DNA of 64,000 nt from Botryllus schlosseri (taxonomy: Eukaryota), in contig CM119378.1 of assembly GCA_051294905.1 (NCBI GenBank), positions 11,408,001 to 11,472,000 on the forward strand, written 5' to 3'. The position numbers were made by a program, and so were the translations under genes. Under the pieces are notes generated by a model, which was not told where the DNA came from, made no database searches, and worked only from the letters and a program-made list of their open reading frames with translations. Shown piece after piece: positions 12,231 through 23,500 of the stretch; within the stretch, counting starts at the first letter, position 1, and each line of letters starts with the position of its first letter.

Positions 12231-13625
12231 CAGGGGTGTCAAACTCAAATTGCGTCGCGGGCCTGATTCAAGCCTTCAAATCGCTCCCGAACTGATTCCA
12301 AAATGTTACCTTGCGACCTTTCTTTTCACTAGAATACCTAATTATCAAGCATATAGATCAGTGGTCGGCAACCTATGGCTCGCGAGTAGGGCTGGGCACA
12401 ATGATTCGAGTACTCGAATCTGAATCGAGTATTAATTTTAATGATTCGAGTCGAGTAGTAAAAGACGATATTTTCGAGTACTGAAATTACAAGCTCCTCG
12501 CCACTAAAAGTTAATTAATTACCGAGAATTAGTCTTGATACTATTTTCCAATGTGGAAGGCTTAGAACCCTGATTGGACGCATCGAAGCATACGAAACAT
12601 AGCACGAAGCTACCAACGTTACATGAAATAACATATTTGCGAAGTCATAATCATCTCATAACCTTGTCACGAAGTGCAATGAAATTGGTATGGTCGAAAA
12701 ATACCAAAGTCTCTTTAATTTGATGGATAATAGGCATTATATTCTTTGTTCTGGCATAAAAGTTACATATCTGAACTTTGGTATACTTCATTCTGTTATG
12801 ACGTCATAATGAACGATACTCGAATACTCGACTCGACTCGAAGCATAATACGTACGTGATTCAGAATCGAATCACTCAGGTACTCGATTTTGCCCAGCCC
12901 TACTCGAGAGCTATCTATGACTCTTTTGGGTATAAGATATGGCTCTTTGCCAAATATTTATTTTTATACTGAAATGATCAATATTGCAGCGACTTGTTAT
13001 CAAATTTTCATCACGGCCAGAATAATTATTCTCGTAGCAGTATAAACATGTCTTTGAGAGGTAAAGACAATAATACCGTTTCAGGTTTAGTGGCTCCGAC
13101 CCCCTCTTTTTAAAATCATCAAATTTCAGTTATTGTTAAGCCAGCGGCCAATATCACGGGTCGGGTTTCGCTTATAAGTCCTGGGACCTGTTGGGTTGGA
13201 AGTCACACAACAGTGCGATCATATATATTTATGTAACTCATATATTCTTCGTGTAAATTGCATATAACGGTTCCGCATTGGCTTTTCCCTTCTCTAAATA
13301 GCAACTTTTTGGTCCATTTTCCATAACACTCTGAACTCTGTGTGCACTTTTTGTATTCTCAAATTAGAGAGAGTGAAACCACAACGCCATATAGTCAGTT
13401 GGTTATAAGTGGGCTATGAACTGAACAGTGAACATGCTCGAAATTTGCTGTCTTGAGGAAGTATTTAATGAAAGTATTTCCCGTAAAACAGCTGAACATC
13501 TTATACGAATGTGCTGGATCATATAAGAATTTTTTTTACAATCTACTTAGAATTGCTTCGCGGGCCGGATGAAAATGTCTGCGGGCCAGATGCGGCCCGC
13601 GGGCCGTATATGTTTGATACCCCTG
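12231..13625. mobile_element. hAT-type non-autonomous element (CAGGGGTGTCAAAC...GTTTGATACCCCTG) hosting nested insertions
   Basis: Matching TIRs at 12231 and 13625, with subterminal GCGGCCCGCGGGCCG motifs typical of hAT MITEs. Confidence 0.7.
12387..12902. mobile_element. hAT-type MITE (TAGGGCTGGGCA...TGCCCAGCCCTA) inserted into a second hAT MITE starting at 12359
   Basis: 12-bp TIR; 8-bp TSD ctcgcgag/ctcgagag (7/8). The interrupted host CAGTGGTCGGCAACCTATGGCTC resumes after 12902 and matches the intact family member at 58815-59718. Confidence 0.8.
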
Positions 13626-13890
13626 GCCTAGGCGAAGTAAAAAAGAGGCATGCACAGTGCACACTGAATGAAAAGTTGCAGAGAATATAAGACGCAAGCG
13701 ACAAAATGAGGTGGCATGTGGCGGAGGGCGAGGTCGATGTTAGGTCGTGGTCCGGTAATCCTGAAGGCTGGCTTGTATAATCATTTAGAAGAAATTGCTC
13801 GTATTTCGACTTGAATGCGGACATACTCGACGACTGTCGGATAGCCGGCGAGATGCTGTTCCACAATTGGGGTGGTGGCTTTGTGGTCCA
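13626..13890 (-). mobile_element. 3' end of L2/CR1-type LINE (ORF2 C-terminus plus 3' UTR)
   Basis: Translates ...PQLWNSISPAIRQSSSMSAFKSKYEQFLL, the recalled LWNSLP..I..S.S...FK..L ORF2 tail. A second copy lies on the plus strand at about 14225-14600. Confidence 0.7.
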
Positions 13891-14059
13891 CGACAATGGA
13901 ATAATGGCAATTTCAACAGTTCAATGCATATTTTCATGGTGACTTCTTGCACTCCCTCTTTCACGAATCAGTCATCTCTTCCATGCGCCTTCATTCATCG
14001 GATCTTTGCTGCCGACCTTCAAGCTCGGCTCACTGTACTTTCTGGGCTTTTTAAGTCAC

Positions 14060-14192
14060 TGCGATCGCAGCGAGGTCGGCGATGAGGAGCCCAGATAAAC
14101 CTCCGACACATAGAAACTTGGTCGAGCCGAGACTAGAACCAACAACCATTGGTGTCATGACGGTGTCGCTTAGCACACTGCGCCACTTACGT
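14060..14192 (-). mobile_element. tRNA-derived SINE head and body
   Basis: A box GTGGCGCAGTGTG and B-box-like GGTTCTAGTCTC at tRNA-like spacing; body similar to the SINE near 11.5 kb. Confidence 0.65.
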
Positions 14193-14224
14193 CTCAACTA
14201 TGGCCGGCAGGAAAGATCACCGCT

Positions 14225-14600
14225 CTATCAAATATGCCGGATCATTTTATATGGAACAGTATCTCGCCGGCTATGCGACAAACAACGATCATGTCCGCAT
14301 TCAAGTCGAGAGAGAGATATGATATCCTTTTTCGAGATGCTTTGACGACGGAGTTGCGTTACTGCCGTGAGGTCATCTAGTCTGCGCCCCCGTTTTTAAA
14401 TACAAATACAAGCAATTTCTACTGAATCAATACTAGTCAGCCATCAAGTTTACCGGACCACGACCCGACATATCGACCTCGCGTTTCGTCTCATGCCACC
14501 TCATTTTGTCGCCTAATTGTCTTTTTGTATTGTCTTCTTAAGCGCTTTCATTCAGTGTGCAGTGCATGCATGTATCCTCTGGACTCTTTACATCGCCTAG
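14225..14600 (+). mobile_element. Second LINE 3' end copy, interrupted by a ~90-bp repeat (about 14309-14398) also seen at about 3290-3400
   Basis: WNSISPAMRQTTIMSAFKS, then gagagagat...gatgctttgacgacggag..gaggtcatct...ccccgttttt, then the UTR resumes with similarity to the reverse complement of 13626-13800. Confidence 0.65.
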
Positions 14601-14902
14601 GCGCGGGTGGGTGTCATGATTTCAAAGACTATATAACTACAATAAGTCGATCGTTTCGACACCTTCCTATCTTTTCATTGTATCGCAGTCTTGTGGTGTT
14701 TTGAATTGATGAAAATTCTCAATAAAGTGAACTTAAATTTAGTGGAACCGGATTTCTTGCATGGGTCATCATCCCCCATAATACAAAATATGCTTAATAT
14801 AGCCTACGCAGAAATAACTCCAACATATTAGCGATTATGACAGATCGAACGGCATGCTAACATCGTATGCACCAGCTGGAATGCTTTAGTCTCGGGCTGC
14901 AC

Positions 14903-15320
14903 CAGCGTTGTAACCATGCAAGTCGCAATAGGCTCCGAGTCACAAGTCAATCTCACTTTTTTAGTTCTGACTCGAGTCGAGTCGAGTCATTTTCAATTCA
15001 CCAGCGAGTCAAGTCCGAGTCCAAGTCAGCGAGCAGAGGGTCGAGTCCGAGTCATGGTATTATGACTCAAGTCCGAGTCCAAGCCATTGTGTTGACCGCT
15101 CAGTTTCCAGTAAAGTCTTGGTTACCCACTTTTTATAACTCTGTTTGGTGATATCCTAATCGTGTGGTTACTTGACTATTCATCGAAATTACAATGAAAT
15201 GTCGGTCTTGGCCGTCTTAGTCTGCGAGTCATATGACTTGGTTCGAGTCATGCGCAATGACTCGAGTCCAAATCGAGTCAATACACAGATTGACTCGAGT
15301 AGAGTCGAGTCATTTCCGTA
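14903..15320. mobile_element. GACTC/GAGTC-rich hAT-type MITE family, copy 1
   Basis: Aligns by eye with copies at 19101, 30772 and 54093; left end CAGCGTTGTAACC, right end degraded. Confidence 0.7.
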
Positions 15321-18300
15321 TTTTATATGATTTTATCGATTCAGGGCGTGAAAAGAAAATAAGCAAACGCGGCAACGTTTGTTCACGTGCGATGTTGTCG
15401 GCTACTCTCAATTTTTCACCGTACGGCGAAGTGGGCGTACGCTTCGACGGATTGTGAACATCGATCCACCTCGAATGTCCGACAGAAAATTAAATGAGCC
15501 ACTGCGTGTATATTGGTAGTGAGAAATACGCTCAAATAAATCCGTTGAACACGCACGTCTACCGTCTGACGTATTTTCGCAAAAAGAGGAACTAATAATG
15601 CTATCGCTACTCGCTGCGCGAACTATATTCAACAGTACAAACAGTGTTCAGCGATTGCTGAGGTCTGAGGCTTCTAGGAGCGTAGCTATATTTCAGATAA
15701 TATATGGTCATCTACTCATACACGACCGAGTTTAGTTATAGCAAGCACGGGCTCTAAAGTACTGAAACGAAATGTGTGTGGCGATTAATATTGATGGCGG
15801 GGGAATGTGATAGATTTAGTAAGACGAATCAGTAATTTAGAAGCGAAAAGTCGCTCATTGGGACCGATGAAGTGTTCAATTGTTCAACTGTCTTGCATAG
15901 CCGCCGATCAGGTATAGGTTACAAGGGCCAAATAGGCAAATACACCATAATCAATAACCATACTGAAATGCGTAACCACCACAACTTTCACGCAACAGTA
16001 CCTGTCGCATCGGTGGTGAAGAGTGCGCAAAGTTTACTTTGTTTACACAGATAACGATAAAAAAGGATGGCCATTGTTCAGAATTTAAAAGCACTGTCAA
16101 TAATGCTGCGACTAATACATATCATAATTAGTATCCACGAATCTACCGTCCGATACCTGTAACGATTATATTGAATGGTCGTGCTCATGAAGAAGACAGC
16201 CAGAAGTTCTTGAAAGGTCCGAGGTTCTCGCCCAAATTATTCATTGCATTTTGCCCTGCATATAAATAATATGTTCCTAAGGTCGAGTATGCAGTCGCGA
16301 CAACTTTCGTTTGTGTGGGAAGTCATTGTTTGTAATCAATAGAGCAGGTTCTCGCGTTCCGTTTCGGATGCGTTCCTACACTCAACGAGGTGCGCGGTTA
16401 GAACATGCGTCAGAAGCTTTCAAACAAAACCCGCTGTTTACAGCAAATGAAACTAATTCGGGTTGTACAATGTACACACAGCGTGCCAGGTATCTGAAGA
16501 CAGAACCACCCAACTATGACATTGAGTGGCTCTGTTTGCAGATCGTTAGCGCCGTAGCAGAAGTTGACGCGTGGTAAATGAGGATATTTTCTCGCGCTAC
16601 CTTTCACGGTAAGCAGCACGCAATGGTGCTCGAACGATACTCCCGTCTACAATTTACACACACACGGTCGCTCGCGAATTCGTTTGTCTACGCATGAACG
16701 ATGCGACACCCGCTCTCGTCTATTGGACACACGTCGTCTACCAATTTCACGCCAATGATTGCTAATTTGGATTGGCAATTCTCGAACAACTCGTTGAAAG
16801 TCGCACATATTACAATGTTTTCACATCATGGCCTACGTATCGTCACGCGCTCGTCTCATCACCTCCGTGTCAGTGAAGTCCTTTATGCTTTGTAAAGAGC
16901 AACTGTACGTACTGAAAAAGAACTGAGTTGGTGTGTGAACGTAAAATAGTGTAATAGCATTCGTTAAAATCTCTCATTCAGGGAATGCGACGCAATGAAA
17001 CAACGAGATGGCGCCGCACCGAACGTTCCCGGCTATATTTTGGCGGTGTCAACGATCTTACCTCCTTTTAAAATAGCTAAATAAGATATGGCATATAGGT
17101 AATGGCGCACAAATGGTTCAATTTTGGAAAACCTAGTCCATAACCATGATGCAGATGCATTCACCCGGTTATTACAGCGCGTTTGCTCATTCAAAAAAAA
17201 TGATGCAAATCCATCCAAATGGTACTTCTCTCTTGAATGAAAAGAGTAAGTAGTTCGTCTCAAAATCTGCTCAAGTAGAAGTGACAGTAATCTAAAATCA
17301 TTGCGACTTTAGTAAGTAGTGAAAGTTCACAAACTTACTTGAGTAGTCTGTGGTCTGTAAAAGTAGAAAGTTACTGACCACCTCTTATAGTCATAGCCAT
17401 AGGCCTATTATCTCCGAAACTTATTTTTATCAATTATCATATACAGGACCGTAATTGCCGCACCTCAAACCCCCTAATTGGGAGGGGGGCGAGCTCGAAG
17501 GGGGCCCAAAATTATTTCGTGAATTAGCATAAATTATAGAGTATTTTTTGAAAAGTTATGCAGCTTTTTCAAAATTTTTTCACGCTAGGCGCGATTTCAA
17601 GTTGCCAAAGATCTTGGTTATTACTCTTCCCTCAAGAAAAAATACGCAAGATTTCTAGAAATGGGCATATCGGCGTTGGCCATTACTGCGCCACGACACA
17701 CCAAAACATAAAGTTTTAGGCCATGTAACATGCGACTCCAAGAAGTGTGCCAGAACGATTGGCAGCAAGAAAACCTTGGCCGAAAAGGACTGCCCTTATG
17801 CTGACCGAAAACGTCGTTATATATACAAAATACATATAGGTTAATTGTCCAATGTCCATAGGCGCCTAAATGACTGGCGTCGAATGTTGCTGTCTTGGCA
17901 ATCTGAACCTCACAAGACAAATACCATCCCGCAGGGAAATGTGTGATTTCAAATTATATTTCGAGGCTTGTTGTACCCATGCATAATACGCACCCCCGAT
18001 TTTAGGACAAAAAATCGGTAAAATTTTGCGCATTATACATGGAAAATTACGGTATTTAAAACAGTTAGCAAAATGCAATGACTTTGAATCATATCTTGTA
18101 CTTAGAAAATCCAACTTGTCTGGGTAGTGAGCTAGTGACTTGACTTGACACGAGTCACCTCCAAAAATTGAGTGACTTGACTCATCTTTGAAAATCGAGT
18201 GACTTGACTTGACTCGAGTCAAAATGTGCATTTACTCGAGATGACATGAGACTCAACGGTAGTGACTTGATCCCAACACTGCCATCAGCACACGAACACA

Positions 18301-19100
18301 AAGGCATATTTGTTGTGGATTAAAGATTTCAATCTTTAACCATCTATTCTTATCCACTTATACTAGGATGCTACATTACTTCGCACTAATGCCGAATCCC
18401 CTCTACGATAGTAGTATCAAGACTCACAAACTGCTTTGACCATACATACGCTACTAATGGGCTAATCCCATGAATTAGTCTTCCCTAGAGGTAGTTGGAG
18501 GTGGTCAAAGTAGAATGAGCTTACTCGAGTAGAAGTAGCGACACATAATTCTATGGTGCGTTCGTACATCCCATACAGAAGATACCTATTTGCAGCAATG
18601 TATGGTTTCGACCTCATCATGTGATCCAAATGATATCTTTGCTATATAGCAGTGGTTGTGTATCGTTTTTTTTTTCATCCCAGTGCCCATTTTCATAAGA
18701 TGTGACGGTCAGACAAGGTCTGTAATTAATAATACGATGATCAATACGGATAAGTTGTATTGGATAATGTATTAGAGCATTGCGCGATTAGGAAAGGGCT
18801 GTCATATGGATGACTATGCGGCCTGGAATTGTGCACATGAACCCCGCTACTGTTACATAAATTAATTATAATGACCGAGACTTCTGTGGAAACATATTGG
18901 GTCTCTTCCCAAAAACAGTCCCTGAATTCCTCCGCCTTGGCCTCTCTGTCTCCATCTTTTATTGAAAGAACATAATACTTTTACTTGACAAACTGTAAAT
19001 AGCGAAAAGTGAGTGTCATAAAATAGGACAAAGTAGAAGTAATGGAAAATTTGATTAGATTTACTTAAATGTTGCAAGTAGAGGAAAACTAGTTGAGTAC

Positions 19101-19642
19101 CAGGGTTGTAACCAAGTCGCAAGGTTCCGAGTCACCAGACTATCTCACTTTTATAGATTTGACTCTCGTCAAGTCAAGTCATTTTCAATTCACCACCGAG
19201 TCAAGTCCAAGTCGATGAGTAGAGGGTCGAGTCCGAGTCATAGTGCTGTGACTCGAATCCGAGTACAAGTCCAAGAGTCCAATGTTCAATTTCGAGTTCA
19301 GTTCGGTTCAACCCACTTTTTTCAACTCTGCTCAAGTGATGTAGAATGGCTTGCATTCATAATATGGTCATTTTCCTCAGTCTTAGCAGTTTCTGGCACT
19401 ATTTTCCAAGTATTAGAACTGATAGACGAAATACCAATAATGCGGTGACTTTACTATTATTCTAAGTTACAATGAAATGTCTGTCTTGGCCGTCCTAGTC
19501 TCGAGTTATATGACTTGGTTCGAGTCATGCACAATGACTCGAGTACAAGTCGAGTCAATACAGAAATTGAATAGAGTCGAGTCGAGTCATTTTAGGCATT
19601 TGAAAAAATGACTAGAATTGGACTCGAGTCATTACAACCCTG
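19101..19642. mobile_element. GACTC/GAGTC-rich hAT-type MITE, copy 2
   Basis: TIR CAGGGTTG...CAACCCTG; flanks ttgagtac/ttgaaaac (6/8). Confidence 0.8.
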
Positions 19643-20557
19643 TTGAAAACTTCGAAAAAGTAGCGGTACTTTGTTACTGACTACCTGTGCTGGCACCTCA
19701 AGTTTGCAAAGCTCTGCAAAAATACCTACTTTTTTCGATAATTCGATCAATTCATTATTACGATGCTGTGTGACACCATATAATTATATGATGTTGTTCA
19801 TCAACCAGAGTGGTGGTCTAAGTATTCAGTGATATTGTTCCAGCACAAGTAGAGGTAAAACATAACTATTCTGTTCTGCTTAGTCACAAGTAGAAAAACT
19901 GATTTTCTAAAGATCCTGTAGGCCTACTATTTGAAATGAATGCAGAATATGTGAGGTATGAAAATGATTGAATTTGAGTAGTTTGAGTGAGTAGATTGGA
20001 TCAAGGTATCTCAGATTTATCTGAGTTACTTGCTTGATAAATTGTAAATATGTTACAAATCAAAACAAACACTACCCCTTACTTGACAGAATCCAAAATA
20101 GAAATTGACTGTAGACTTGTCTCAAAATAGTTCAATTAGATGTGGAAGTAGTCTGAAAGAATCACCACTTCGGTAAGTACTGCAAGTAGGCAAAAATGTT
20201 CTGAAAGAGTAGAAGGACTTAGTTTATAATCACATCTGAAAATAGGCGGTGGCTGAACTGTTGTAAGGCAGGTATTTTCTACCTTCCAACCACCGTAGCA
20301 GTATAGCTAATCTACGAAATTTCATAATACATCATCCAGTTTTATTCAACGGGATGCATTTCTCACACTATCAATATACTCGCTGCAATAAATCTTCATT
20401 CGGAAATTTGACTCAATAGTGCGTCATAATTTGATGTCTTGCGAATTGGTGATCAGTTACTCTAATTTATTTTATCTATTTGACCAGAGATTAATACAGC
20501 AATCTTAAAAAAACCGAGTACAAAAGAGTTCCTTTTTATGCTTGCTTCAACCTCGAG

Positions 20558-23500
20558 GAAATGAGAAGTTGATGGAGGGTGAAGTGCTTGAATGTTTGTG
20601 CATTCTTGTAGCGAAGAGCTACGACAATTTATCTGATTGGTTGACCTTACTGACAGAGACCCGGGTTATCCAGAGAGGTCTGTATAATTTCATTTAAGAA
20701 TGGTATCAATATACTATCCATTCAACTTCTACATCTGTCATCGCACAGAGCATGGGTTTTGGATCGTCCAAACAGTATTTCTCATTCGCTGACGATTGCC
20801 CCTGAAGAGTGTCAACTCGAAAAGCTTCGGGTTTCAATATATTTATACAAATATAATATTACTTACCGTAATTGTATATTGTCCAAACAGTGTGACCACC
20901 TGTCCTGATCATCAAACCTGGAACAACCATTATTGTAATGAGTTACTTGCGTCATTGACACATGAACAAAACCATAGCTATGCATCTATTATATGAAGTT
21001 ACATTGAATGCGGCTAAAATGAAATAAGTCATTCTCAGACTTTCTCTCAGATTATGAAGAGATTTATATTTTAGCTTGAGGTGAAATATCTATAATAATG
21101 CGTGATGGTGCAAGCGGGTTATGTGCAGTGGTACCGTCCTAGTATGATCATCTGTTTCAGTGGTTCTCTTTTTTAGACACGCCCCACTTTATGATAGTGA
21201 AAATTTAACGCCCCCCTGATCGTCATATCACAAAATGCAACCAGAATGCCAGCAATCCAAACGAATAGTTTGATGGCACGGAAGGTTATGACTGTTGATG
21301 AGATGATTCTCAAATATGAAAATAGGACTATATACATGGCAATAACTATGAATTGGAGGCGGCACGATGACTGCAGCTGACCGCAGAACACTGACCGCAG
21401 CCTCTCGCCCCCTTCAGATGCTTTCATGTCCCCCAAGGTTGGCGTGCCACCCATTTTGAGAACCACTGGTACATTTTGAATACTAGGATATACTTGTTCA
21501 TGTACTCAAATCAGCCAATGATGCAAATGACATTATATTTATAGCAAAGAAAAAGAGCTTCATAAAGGATGTACAGAAGGATGAAGTTGATAAGGTGCTG
21601 CAGGAGACATGCAATGCTGTTTTGAAGGTGTCATTGGAAGATCAATTTTCCATATTTGAGGATGAAGGTTGGAGTATCTGATGAATTTATCACTGTATTA
21701 TATCAGTTATTGTTGATTTGATTGAAGCTATTCATTTACCTGGTTACCTGCCATGACAATAATTAGTGACTGTGCCAAATGTGATACTGTTTCAACTTAT
21801 GCGATGGTATGATATCTTACAAAGGGAGATGAGACCAGAACCTTTGATGACATGTCTGTTTCAAAATTTGATTGTAATTCAGTGGATCTTCTAATTAAAT
21901 TGTTATGAGTGGCTGCGCGTGCCAAGGACCGAAAACGCCCTCCTTCACCCCCCAAAAAACATTGGTAGTGGTCTGTTCAAACTTATGGGGCTTTGCCCCT
22001 AGACCCCCATTATATGATGGACCAGTTGCCTTACAATGCAAAGTAATCGTATAGGCCTATTTTTATTCAAGTTCAGTTTGGCTTCACAGCGCAGAATTTT
22101 CCAAATTCGTGAATGAAATTTGTCAATAATATTGGTATTATTGTATATTACCATCAATTTTGATCCTATTTTCCCTGAAAAATTTCTTTGTTCCACGTTG
22201 CTAATTTGTGACCTAATTGTAGCTATAGTCAAAAGATTTTGGAAACATTAAAATCAAGAAATCTGGCGACAATAAGTCATGCGAAGCGCGAATAAAAAAA
22301 TCCAGTTGTTTAAATATTTCAAAATACTCCATACATTATGTTAATTCACAAAATAATTTTGGGCCCCCTTCGATCTGTTACTATCTGCGACTGCTATGGC
22401 ACTGCGTGTACCTCCTATTGGAAAACTGTTTGAACTGCTGTTGACATGGATAAAAAAATAAAGGGCAGCCAGAAATTCTGAGTAGCCTAACCTTCGACTT
22501 TGGGAAGCTGACGACTCACCTAGCCCTTGTCTTGACTTGTTTACCAGTGTCTCGAATCAGGGCTTAAATACAGATCTTATAAATTTGGACAATGCAGTTT
22601 TGAAGGCAATGGTCCATATAAGTCCAGAATATCCAAGTGAATATGCATTGCAAATTTATATTTTCATGGCTAGACCATGCATCAGGATATGCATAATTGT
22701 GCAATGTACATAAACCCTTGCGAATAAGTATATTTATATCAGATGCCAATTGTCATAAAAATGATTTCTTCCAATGCCAATTAGACATTCACATTTTATT
22801 ATATCGGGAATTTCCAATATGGTATCACTACTTTTAAGATTACTAATATACGAAGTTTTCTAATATACCACTGCAATATTTTACCCTGATGAATTTTCAG
22901 ATTTCCCAGGAAGCAAAAAGCTTGTGGATATTATCTTGAAGTTGCTACAAGATGGCCATATAAATTGGACTATCTCGTATCTGGTGAAGTCATGGGACAA
23001 ATTAGAGGAATCAGATAAAATTCAATCAGCAGCTGCAGTCTACTGTGCTGGGTAAGTATGATCAAATAGTTATCACATTCAGTAGACTCAAAACTCCAAG
23101 CCGTTTTGTTTTGTCTCGCTTCTACCTTTTCGTTTTAGCATATTTTGAAATGATAAATATATATTTTGAAATGATAAATATACTGGATTAAGCTGAGTGG
23201 GCCTTCAGGGGTTCCCAACATTTTTATGGTCGCAACCCTAAATTTCGATTCGAAAATGTTCCACAACCTCACCTGAATTTGGCGTGCTGATTACTAAAGA
23301 AATGGTCAGCACCTTTGCTAGGGCTGTTCAGAATTGACCGACTTTAAAAAAGTCGTAGTTTTCAGTCTGTTTCCCATGCCTTAAAAATATATATTCCAGC
23401 TACTTTTTTCTGTAAGTCATTCCTTGCATCTGTTTGCTACTGTGGATGTTGAGCTAGAACAGGGACGGGCAACATACGATCCTCGACGTGATTTTGAGTG

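Noticed and set aside
16311-16619. Short ORFs on both strands
   Set aside because: No recognisable domain, and no phase-compatible link to either gene.
14903-19642. GAGTCGAGTC arrays as CRISPR-like repeats
   Set aside because: No constant repeat with unique spacers and no cas genes; bounded by TIRs and 8-bp TSDs, so these are MITEs.
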